Assembly (NCBI GenBank): GCA_963775425.1
Contig: CAVZJB010000008.1
Span: forward strand, 355,424 to 419,423
Direction: 5' to 3'
Length of the DNA stretch: 64,000 nucleotides
Source of the DNA: an uncultured delta proteobacterium
Lineage (GTDB): Bacteria > Myxococcota > UBA727 > VGSZ01
The notes under the pieces were generated by a model, which did not search any database, was not told the origin of the DNA, and saw nothing but the letters and a program-made list of their open reading frames with translations. Shown piece after piece: positions 44,107 to 52,486 of this stretch. Numbering within the stretch: the stretch's first letter is position 1; each line of letters begins with the position of its first letter. The translations under genes and the position numbers were made by a program.

Positions 44107-45273
44107 TCAATTCTGAAGGAGGGCGTCGACCTCCCCCTGGATGACCGCGGGGTCGGTGTAGCCGAGGTGCATGTGCCGCACCGTGCCGGCCTTGTCGACG
44201 ATGTAGGAGGTGGGCAGCGTGGTCAGCCCGAGCCGCTCGCCGAAGAAGCGGTCGTCCACGACGCAGTCGAAGCTCGGCCGGATCTGTGCCAAGGCCTTGC
44301 CCGCGGCCTTCGGGTCGTGGGGCTCGCGGTTGACCCCGAGGACGGCGAGGCCGCGGCCGCGGTAGCGCTCCGCCAGCGCCGACAGCTCCGGCATCGAGCG
44401 GCGGCAGGGGCCGCACCAGGACGCCCAGAAGTCGAGGATCAGAACCTGGCCACGGAAGCTCGCCAGCTTCACCGCCTCCTTCTGGATGCCGTACTCGTCG
44501 AGCTTGTGCAGCCGCGTGTCGGGGAGCGGGTCGCCGACGAGGACGGGGCGGATGCGGTCGGCGTACTTGATCGACGACGTCACCGCCCCGGCCGACAGGG
44601 CCGCCAGGCTCGCGAGGAGCACGGCCCCGCCCGCGCGCAGCCGGGCCCGCGGCGGGGCGGGCGGGGCGCCGCCGGGGCGCCGCAGCCAGGGCACGAGGGT
44701 CAGCCCGAGGGCCAGGGGGACGCCGTAGGAGACCACGCACTTCACCACGAAGCGCAGCGCGCTCACCTGCCGCCCGACGACGACGGCCATGGAGTCGACG
44801 GCCTCGTTGGGCATCCACCAGCGCCCCGCGCCGAACCCCGCGAACGCGCCGCCGACGGCGATGAGCGCGACGAGCGGCACCGTCAGGTACGCCGCCGCCA
44901 CCGCCGCGCGCCACGGGGATACGCGCCCCTTCGTGAGCAGGCGCGCGAGCGCCGCGACGACGGCGCAGGTGGCGAGCAAGAGCGCGGCGTGCGTCTTCAG
45001 GTCGTCGAAGAGCGTGTCGCGGATGCGCCGGAGGATGACCTCACCGCCCGCGCCCACGAGGAAGGACAGCCGCGCGAGCACCTTGACGTCGACGACGACC
45101 ACGGCCGCGACGAGCAGCGCCACCGGCGGCCACCACGGCGCGCCCCGCGCGGCGACGGCCCGCAGCGTGCGCACCGGCGCGGCGATCATGCCGCCGAGGG
45201 CGTCGAGCGCGCCCACGGGCCCCGCGGCCGGGGCGTCGACCTCGCCGGTCGACCGCGCGCCGGCGCCGCTCAC
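44107..45273 (-). CDS. Membrane-anchored TlpA-like thiol-disulfide redoxin with Yip1-like TM N-terminus
   Basis: LDFWASWCGPC, LPTSYIVD; several TM helices. Confidence 0.82.
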   Translation of the reverse strand: MSGAGARSTGEVDAPAAGPVGALDALGGMIAAPVRTLRAVAARGAPWWPPVALLVAAVVVVDVKVLARLSFLVGAGGEVILRRIRDTLFDDLKTHAALLLATCAVVAALARLLTKGRVSPWRAAVAAAYLTVPLVALIAVGGAFAGFGAGRWWMPNEAVDSMAVVVGRQVSALRFVVKCVVSYGVPLALGLTLVPWLRRPGGAPPAPPRARLRAGGAVLLASLAALSAGAVTSSIKYADRIRPVLVGDPLPDTRLHKLDEYGIQKEAVKLASFRGQVLILDFWASWCGPCRRSMPELSALAERYRGRGLAVLGVNREPHDPKAAGKALAQIRPSFDCVVDDRFFGERLGLTTLPTSYIVDKAGTVRHMHLGYTDPAVIQGEVDALLQN

Positions 45274-45788
45274 GAGCGCGCTCCCGTCCGCGCCCGCAGC
45301 GACGCGAAGAAGTCCTTGAGCGCCGCGCCGCACTCGTCGGCGAGGACGCCGGCGGTGACGTCGAGGCGGTGGTTGAGCCGCGGGTCGTCGCAGACCCGCG
45401 CGAGCGACGCGACGGCGCCGGCCTTCTCGTCGGTGGCGCCGTAGACGAGGCGGTCGATGCGCGCGTTCACCAGGGCGCCCGCGCACATGAAGCACGGCTC
45501 CAGCGTGACGACGAGCGTAGCCCCGGACAGCCGCCAGCGCCCGAGCGCGCGGGAGGCGGCGGCGATGGCGCGGATCTCGGCGTGGCCGAGCGGGTCGAGG
45601 TCCACCTCGCGCCGGTTCATGCCCTCGCCGACGATCTCGCCGTCGACGACGACCACGGCGCCCACCGGCACCTCGCCGAGCGCCCGCGCCTCCGCCGCGA
45701 GCGCGAGCGCCCGGCGCATGAAGCGCTCGTCCCCGGCTGCGTCGGCGCCGCGCGCGGGCTCGTCCGCCGGGAAGGCAGGCCGGTTCAC
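45270..45788 (-). CDS. tadA: tRNA adenosine(34) deaminase
   Basis: GEVPVGAVVV, HAEI, TLEPCFMC, KAGA, NHR. Confidence 0.92.
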   Translation of the reverse strand: MNRPAFPADEPARGADAAGDERFMRRALALAAEARALGEVPVGAVVVVDGEIVGEGMNRREVDLDPLGHAEIRAIAAASRALGRWRLSGATLVVTLEPCFMCAGALVNARIDRLVYGATDEKAGAVASLARVCDDPRLNHRLDVTAGVLADECGAALKDFFASLRARTGARS

Positions 45789-46576
45789 GACGGGTACCAC
45801 GGGTGCATGTGGTGCACCGGGCCGCGCCCGCGGCCGATGCCGGGCGCCGTGCGAATGGCCTCCTGCACGTACGCGTGCGCGCGCACCACGGCTTCGACGA
45901 GGGGGAGGCCGAGCGCGAGGCAGGCGCAGACGGCGGCCGAGAGCGCACAGCCCGTGCCGTGGGTGTGCATGGTGTCGATGCGCGGCGACACGAGCTCCTT
46001 GACGGCGTCGCCGTCGAAGAGGACGTCGACGGGATCGCCCTGAGCGTGGCCGCCCTTCACGAGCGCCGCCTTGGCGCCGAGCTGCACCAGCGCGCGCGCG
46101 GCCTGCTCCTGCTCGTCGACGTTGCGGACGAGGAAGCCGCAGAGCTTCTCCGCCTCGGCGAGGTTGGGCGTCACCAGCGTGGCGTGCGGGATGAGGCGCT
46201 CGCGCAGCACGCGCACGCCGTCGTCGTCGAGGAGGGTGGCGCCGGAGGAGCTCTGCATCACCGGATCCACCACGACCGGCACCGCGCACTTGATGAGCTC
46301 GACGGCGACGGCGTCGGCGACGGCGCCGCTCCCGAGCATGCCGGTCTTGATGGCGCGCACCGGGATGTCGTCGAGGACGGCGTCGATCTGGTCGGCGACC
46401 AGCGCCGGATCGAGGGCCGCCACCCGCCGGACGCCGAGGGTGTTCTGGGACGTGACCGCCGTGACGGCGGCGGTGCCATAGACCTGCAGCGCGGCGAAGG
46501 TCCGCAGGTCCGCCTGGATGCCGGCGCCGCCCGACGGATCGGAGCCTGCGACGGTGAGCGCGCATGGGAGCGTCAT
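45785..46576 (-). CDS. thiD: Hydroxymethylpyrimidine/phosphomethylpyrimidine kinase
   Basis: AGSDPSGGAGIQAD, KTGML, TPNLAEA, HGTGC. Confidence 0.95.
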   Translation of the reverse strand: MTLPCALTVAGSDPSGGAGIQADLRTFAALQVYGTAAVTAVTSQNTLGVRRVAALDPALVADQIDAVLDDIPVRAIKTGMLGSGAVADAVAVELIKCAVPVVVDPVMQSSSGATLLDDDGVRVLRERLIPHATLVTPNLAEAEKLCGFLVRNVDEQEQAARALVQLGAKAALVKGGHAQGDPVDVLFDGDAVKELVSPRIDTMHTHGTGCALSAAVCACLALGLPLVEAVVRAHAYVQEAIRTAPGIGRGRGPVHHMHPWYPS

Positions 46577-46643
46577 GACCCTCGTTGAGGTATCACGTTC
46601 AGCGATGCGCACCAGAGCGTCCCCGAGGGGAGCAGCGCACTCC

Positions 46644-48161
46644 GTGCGCGCCATCCCGGCGGGCGGGAAGCCATGGCTTCGCCGATGGCGTCCGCGCATC
46701 GCGGCGCGGCTGTTCCTCGCGGTGGGCCTTCCCACGGCGGTCGTCGTCGTCGCGCTCGGGGTGCTCGCGTGGCGCACCACGCGGCAGGCGGTGGAGGCGT
46801 CGTTGCAGCGGGAGCTGCAGGCGTCGGTGGCGGTGGCCGCGTCGACCATCCCCACGCTCGCCCTGCGCGTGCTGCTCCCCGAGGACGAGGCGACGTCGTC
46901 GTCGTACCGGCGCATGGTCGGGCGCCTCAGGGCCATCCAGCAGTCCACGGGCTCCGTGCGCGTGCTCGTCGTCGACGGCGACGAGAAGGTGCGCGCCTCG
47001 GCCGATCCCGCCCTGCACATCGGCGATCAAGCTCCGCGCGTGGCGCTCGACCGCGTGGAGCTCTCGCGCGCCGTCGGCGGCGACCCCGCCGTCAGCGTCC
47101 CCTTCACCGCCAAGGATGGCAAGCGCTACATGGCCGCCTACGCGCGCATCCCCGAGGACCGCGGCGGCCGCGACGACGTCGCCGAGGGGCCGCCGCTGGT
47201 CCTCGCCATGGAGGCGCCCGCCGCCGCGCTCGACGCCACCGACGCCGTCGCCCGCCAGATCGCCGGCCTCGTCGGGCTCGCGGTGCTGAGCGTCATCTCG
47301 CTCGCCCTCGTCGTGGCGCGCACCATCACCCGTCCGCTGCGCGGGCTCGCCGACGAGGCCGAGCGACTCGGGCGCGGCGATCTCTCGAGCGCGCTCGACC
47401 TCCCGCGCGGCGACGACGAGGTCGCCGGCCTCGGCCGCACGCTCGAGGCCATGCGCAAGGCGCTCGTCGACCGCGACGCCGAGCGCCAGATGATGCTCGC
47501 CGGCATCGCCCACGAGGTGCGCAACCCGCTCGGCGGCATGGAGCTGTTCTCGGGGCTCCTCGAGGAGGGCATCGCCGAGCTCCCCGCCGACGCCGCCCCC
47601 GCGCCCGAGGCGCGCGCCGAGCTGCTCGAGCAGGCGGGGCGCGTGCGCAAGGAGCTGCGCTACCTGACCGACGTCGTCAGCTCGTTCCTCGCGTTCGCGC
47701 GCGACACCCCGCTCACCAAGGAGCCCGTCGACGTCCCCGCGCTCCTCGACGACGTGGCCTCGCTGTGTCGCCGCGAGGGCGCCGCGGCGATCGTCGTCGA
47801 GGCGGCGGGCGCCGGCGCGGCCGAGCTCGATCGCGCGCGCATCAAGCAGGCGCTCTTGAACCTCGTCGACAACGCGCTCGCCGCCACCGGCGCCGGCGGC
47901 ACCGTCACCGTGCGCGCCCACCGTGTGCCCGGCGGCGGCGGCGGCGGGGGCGCCCTGGTGCTCGAGGTCGTCGACACAGGCAAGGGCATGGAGGCCGCCA
48001 CGCTCGAGCGCGTGTGGACGCCCTTCTTCACGACGAAGGAGAAGGGCTCCGGCCTCGGCCTGCCGCTCGTGCGGAAGCTCGCGCGCGACCACGGCGGCGA
48101 CGCGGCGGTGACGTCGTCACCGGGGGCCGGAACCACGGTGCGCATCACGCTGCCTGCTTGA
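46644..48161 (+). CDS. HAMP-domain sensor histidine kinase
   Basis: Two TMs, HAMP, AHEVRNPL, NLVDNA, DTGKG, GSGLGL; start approximate. Confidence 0.9.
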   Translation: MRAIPAGGKPWLRRWRPRIAARLFLAVGLPTAVVVVALGVLAWRTTRQAVEASLQRELQASVAVAASTIPTLALRVLLPEDEATSSSYRRMVGRLRAIQQSTGSVRVLVVDGDEKVRASADPALHIGDQAPRVALDRVELSRAVGGDPAVSVPFTAKDGKRYMAAYARIPEDRGGRDDVAEGPPLVLAMEAPAAALDATDAVARQIAGLVGLAVLSVISLALVVARTITRPLRGLADEAERLGRGDLSSALDLPRGDDEVAGLGRTLEAMRKALVDRDAERQMMLAGIAHEVRNPLGGMELFSGLLEEGIAELPADAAPAPEARAELLEQAGRVRKELRYLTDVVSSFLAFARDTPLTKEPVDVPALLDDVASLCRREGAAAIVVEAAGAGAAELDRARIKQALLNLVDNALAATGAGGTVTVRAHRVPGGGGGGGALVLEVVDTGKGMEAATLERVWTPFFTTKEKGSGLGLPLVRKLARDHGGDAAVTSSPGAGTTVRITLPA

Positions 48162-48220
48162 GAGCGCCGCGGACGGGAGGGCGCGGATCGTGCACGGCGA
48201 CGTCCCGGAGGGACTGAGCC

Positions 48221-48682
48221 ATGAGAGCGATCGATGTCATGACGCACGAGGTGTTCACGTGCACGCCCGACGAGACCCTCGCCGACGCTGCGCGCATCAT
48301 GTTCGAGGAGGACGTGGGCAGTGTGCCCGTCGTCGACCCGCAGGGCGCCGTGGTGGGCGTGCTGACCGACCGCGACGTCTGCCGCTGCGCGTACGAGGAG
48401 GACAAGCGCTTGTCCGACGTCAGCGTCAAGGGAGCGATGAGCCGGAACGTCATCAGCGTACGTCCCGACGACGACCTCGAGCGCGTCGAGGAGCTGATGG
48501 AGGTCAACCGGATCCGCCGCGTGCCCGTCATCGACGACGACGGCCTCCTCAGCGGCATCATCGCCGTCGCCGACCTGGCGCGCAGCAGCGGCGACGGCGT
48601 CGAAGAGGTGAGCGAGCACGAGCTCGCCGAGGTGGTGGGCGCCGTGAGCCTCCCGCACGCAGTGCATGCGCGCTCGTCCTGA
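48221..48682 (+). CDS. CBS domain protein
   Basis: Tandem CBS motifs (VGSVPVVD, GVLTDRD, IRRVPVID). Confidence 0.92.
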   Translation: MRAIDVMTHEVFTCTPDETLADAARIMFEEDVGSVPVVDPQGAVVGVLTDRDVCRCAYEEDKRLSDVSVKGAMSRNVISVRPDDDLERVEELMEVNRIRRVPVIDDDGLLSGIIAVADLARSSGDGVEEVSEHELAEVVGAVSLPHAVHARSS

Positions 48683-48872
48683 GAGCGCTGCGCGCGCGTG
48701 GCGAAGGCGGCCATCTGGCACAGGCCGCGCGCGTTCTGACGCATGACTGCCGCCAGCGTGGAGTAGCGTCAAAACGCGTGGTGTTCGGCCGAGGCCCAGT
48801 AGCCTCGCAGGGCGCTAAAGAGCCGATCAGGTTGCCGCGAGCGTTCGGACGCGGCTCAGCGTGATGGGCGAG

Positions 48873-48964
48873 CGGGGAACGGTCACGTGTACGGCGAGCG
48901 CGCGCGGCTCACGTGCGCGGTCACGGCCAGGGGACCGCGACCGCTCCCGTGACCGCGAGTCGCA
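48873..48964. repeat. Dispersed palindrome-rich intergenic repeat, copy 2
   Basis: Similar to 10672-10763. Confidence 0.75.
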
Positions 48965-49072
48965 TCACCGCCACCGAGGCAGACCCGCTCCTCGCGCTCC
49001 TGTGGCGGCTGTGCGCCATGCTGACCAAGCTCGCCGGGTACCATCGCTGACGTCCCGGAGCGCGCCCCGGCT

Positions 49073-49976
49073 CGCCGGTGCGTGGAGCGGCACTGCGAAG
49101 GGCGCGACGACCACTTCGCCGCCGACGTGCTCGCCGCGCTCGCGGCCGCGTCGGTCGCCGGCAAGAGCTCCGCGGACGACGCTGTCGAGCGGCGGCAGGG
49201 TCGCTTCGAGGCCTTCCTCGACGGATTCTCGTTGCACTGCGGCGTCCACCTGCACGCCGGCGACCGCGCCGGCATCGAGCGCCTCTGCCGCTACGGCGCC
49301 CGCTCACCCTGGGGCGCCTCAGCCGCGACGATGACGGCCGCTTCCGCTACCGCATGAAGCGCACCGTGCGCGGAAAGGTAGAGCTCGTCCTCACGGGCGT
49401 CGAGCTCGTCGCCAAGCTGGCGATCCTCATCCCGCCGCCCCGCGTCCACCTCACGCGCTTCCACGGCGTCTTTGCGCCCAACGCCAAGCTCCGTTCGCTC
49501 GTCGTGAAGAAGCCGCCAACGCCGCGGCCCCCAGCTCCTTCACCCGTCGTCGATGCCGTGGCCGCGATCCCACTGCCGCCGCGACAGCTGAGGCCGTTTC
49601 GCATCGACTGGGCCTCGCTCCTCAGGCGCGTGTTCGCCGTCGACGTTCTCGCATGTCCCCGCTGCGACGGGCGCATGCGCGTCCTCGCCGTGGTCGACCA
49701 GCCTGACGCGGTGACGAAGATCCTCGATCACCTCGGCCTGCCGTCGGTGCCTCTCGACACCGCGCCCGCCCGCGGGCCTCCTCAAAAAGACCTCGCCTTC
49801 GACGTCGCCTGATCCCTCGCCGCCGCGTGGGCCCGCTGCGGCGCCCCCGGAGCGCTGATAGGCGAAACAAAGGCCTTTTCGCGCGCGGACCGGCGTGACT
49901 TTGGGCGGCGGCCATGCTTGCAGATGGTAGCGCGCCGCGTCGGATCGGCGCACGGCTCGGGGCGTTCCGCGGTGGG
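49073..49976 (+). pseudogene. 5'-truncated, frameshifted IS91/ISCR-like transposase copy with inverted end segment
   Basis: Near-identical to ~56962-57874; 7-bp deletion near 49301; 49855-49976 is the reverse complement of 57751-57874. Confidence 0.88.
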
Positions 49977-50173
49977 TCGTTCAGCAAGGCTGTCGCGACC
50001 ACGCTCATCGCGGCGGTCGATGATGCGGTCGAGCGCGGTCGTCGGTTGCGATCGAGCGCGACCGCTCCCTCCGGTCGCCGATCGACGAGCCGGAAGAAGG
50101 CGCGGCGCAGTAGAAGGAAAGCTCCTTTACCAAGGCGACGACCGACTACGGAAGCGACGACCTCGTCGCCGGC

Positions 50174-50350
50174 ATGCTTGGCGACGTGAAGGTCCTCCTG
50201 AAACGCAGGCGACACTTGCGCGTCGTGCTCCTCACAGACGGCGCGGCGGAGATCGTCGACGCACTCGATGCGCAGTTCACCGCGGAGGCCCTCGGAACAA
50301 CGCCAGTCCGCATGATCGACTTCTGGCACGTCGCCGAGAAGCTCGGTGCC
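50174..50350 (+). pseudogene. ISKra4-like transposase internal fragment
   Basis: VVLLTDGAAEI...IDFWHVAEKL (DGA and D.xH motifs). Confidence 0.6.
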
Positions 50351-50529
50351 ACGCTCCTCAATCCTCTCCGATTTCTCCTCGGTCCCTCGACGCATCTCCC
50401 ATCAATTTCCCTCGCCCCTCGCCCCTCTCCCCTCGTTCCCGCGCGCGCGCCGCATTCGGCATTCGCACACGAATCGTCGCCGACGTTGCTTTGCGGCTCG
50501 ACTCGGAGATACGGTCCGCGCACCTTTGG

Positions 50530-50877
50530 GGGAAGGCTCACGGTGTCGACGGTGTCGGCGTTCCGCACGCCGCACTTGCGGAACAGGCTTCGCGTCACCG
50601 CGACCGGGCCTTCCCGCGTGTAGTACGTCGCTTCGTACCGGCCGATTTTGACGTAAGGCTCTCCCTCGACGAGGACTCTTTCGGCGTCGATGTCGAGGCC
50701 TTGAAGCGACCTCCGCTTCAAGGAGAGCGCGATGCCCTTCGTGACCACGTCGATGTCGTCCTCCGGGATGGCGTCCTCGGTGCCGATCTTGTCGGCCTCA
50801 AGCCGCTTCAGCCGCGCCTCCAGCGCCTTCAGCTCTTCCGCCACGTCGTCTGGGACATCCAGGGTGATTTTCGCCAT
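50530..50877 (-). pseudogene. ISKra4-like transposase N-terminal fragment
   Basis: GRYEATYYTREGPVAVTRSLFR; frame degenerates after ~50530. Confidence 0.55.
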
Positions 50878-51083
50878 GCCAACATGTCGCCCGCTTCGTC
50901 GACGACCGCCATCGATCGCTCAACCGATGCTCAGCATGGGATCCACACCCGTCGGCACTGGCCTTGGTCGAACGGCGTTCGGTCGATCCACGCCGGGCGG
51001 TGGCGTTTCGATCGCCTGGTGCCCAACGTGCGGCGTGTCCGGGCAAGTCGTGAGCCTGCAATTCGGAAATCGCGAGGATGGAA

Positions 51084-51299
51084 ATGACTTCTGCTTCTGA
51101 TCTCCTGTCATTCTCGCTGCTTGCGTTGCTGCTTGGTGTCGCCGCCTGCCCGTCTAACTCACGTGCATGCAAGAACGACGACGACTGCAACACCGGGCAG
51201 CACTTCTTCTGCGATATCCCTGACGGTGGGCTCGGCACTTGCGTCGAAGGAGAAGGAGAAGGAGAAGGAGAAGGAGAAGGAGAAGGGGTCGCGGGATAG
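51084..51299 (+). CDS. Small or truncated Cys-rich lipoprotein ending in a (GE)n repeat
   Basis: LGVAAC lipobox, CKNDDDC...C...C, EGEGEG. Confidence 0.55.
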   Translation: MTSASDLLSFSLLALLLGVAACPSNSRACKNDDDCNTGQHFFCDIPDGGLGTCVEGEGEGEGEGEGEGVAG

Positions 51300-51347
51300 A
51301 ATCGCGCTCGCTATCCGTCATCGAGTGACCCATCAGCGACGCCGGGA

Positions 51348-51640
51348 GTGCGACCAGGCAAGGCTGGTCCGCAGGGAAGGAAGGTGACGGTCACCTTGTA
51401 GAAATGCGGAACATCGTCCAGCGGGTGCGAATCCCGCCCGGCCAAAGTCGAGCACGGCGGGCCGGTAGCGAGCCTTGCGCCGTCAGGAGCGACACTCCTG
51501 ACGGCGATGCGTAGGCGCGCGACCACGTGGGCCGCGTGAGGTCAGCTCCGAAATTCGCAAGTTTCTGGTTGCCGAGCCCTTTTCCGCCTCCGAAGGCAGC
51601 AGCGCCGGCGACGCTTTGGCTACACGTCGGTGCAACCAGC
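51348..51640 (+). mobile_element. Probable group II intron 5' remnant (no RT ORF)
   Basis: Starts GTGCG(ACCAGGC), has GGGTGCGAATCCC and several hairpins typical of domain I; cut off by the IS91-like end. Confidence 0.5.
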
Positions 51641-51644
51641 GGAG

Positions 51645-51831
51645 TTCGCCTTCGACGTCGCCTGATCCCTCGCCGCCGCGTGGGCCCGCTGCGGCGCCCC
51701 CGGAGCGCCCACCGCGGAACGCCCCGAGCCGTGCGCCGATCCGACGCGGCGCGCGACCATCTGCAAGCATGGCCGCCGCCCAAAGTCACGCCGGTCCGCG
51801 CGCGAAAAGCGGCCTTTGTTTCGCCTATCAG
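51645..51831 (+). mobile_element. Solo IS91/ISCR-like 3' end (oriIS-like)
   Basis: Matches ~57688-57874, ending CTTTGTTTCGCCTATCAG. Confidence 0.8.
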
Positions 51832-51834
51832 TCG

Positions 51835-52130
51835 TTCTCTGCCGACGGTCGCCTGACCGCGAACGCGGTCGAGTCCGCGGAGCTCGGGCTGATCCTCGAG
51901 GGCATCGACCTCGCCGGCGCGCGCCGACGCCCGCGCTGGGAGCCCGCGAAGAAATCGCAGGAGATCCGGAATTCGGAGGGGGCGCCCCTCGTTTGAAGAA
52001 GCGATGAACGCGCCGGAGCGGATCACCTCGCCGTACGCGCCCGACGTGGGCGAGGTGGCCGCGTTCCTCGAGCGCATGATCCGCGCGGCGCAGTACGTCG
52101 TGCTTGTCCGCGCGGTGCTCGCGCTCATGT
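51835..52130 (+). pseudogene. IS66 remnant (TnpB C-terminus, possible TnpC start)
   Basis: ESAELGLILEGIDLAGARRRPRW resembles the IS66 TnpB C-terminus; followed by MNAPER... fragment. Confidence 0.65.
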
Positions 52131-52486
52131 TCTTATGCCAGGGGCCCATTCCCCGGAGCACGCGCCCGCGGTGGGCACAAAACCACCGTACAAGGTGGCT
52201 CGCCGCTTCATCCCGCTTCGCTGCGCGGGGTTGCTCTCCGTCGACACGGAGCGCCACAATGAAGGTCATCGGCGCGGCTGTCGGCCGTGCCCAACGTTGG
52301 CTACGCTGTTCGTTCCCTCGTCCTCGTCGACACAAGAACGACGTCGTGGCTGTCGTCCAGGTCGTTCACGATCCCCTTCGCCGAGATCGACGGGGCGTTC
52401 GCCCGCGACGCGAACCGCGCGAGGTGAGGGGGCCCCGACTCGCCATCAACCGCGTGCCTGCTCCGTGTCCTGGCTGATGAGGGCGC

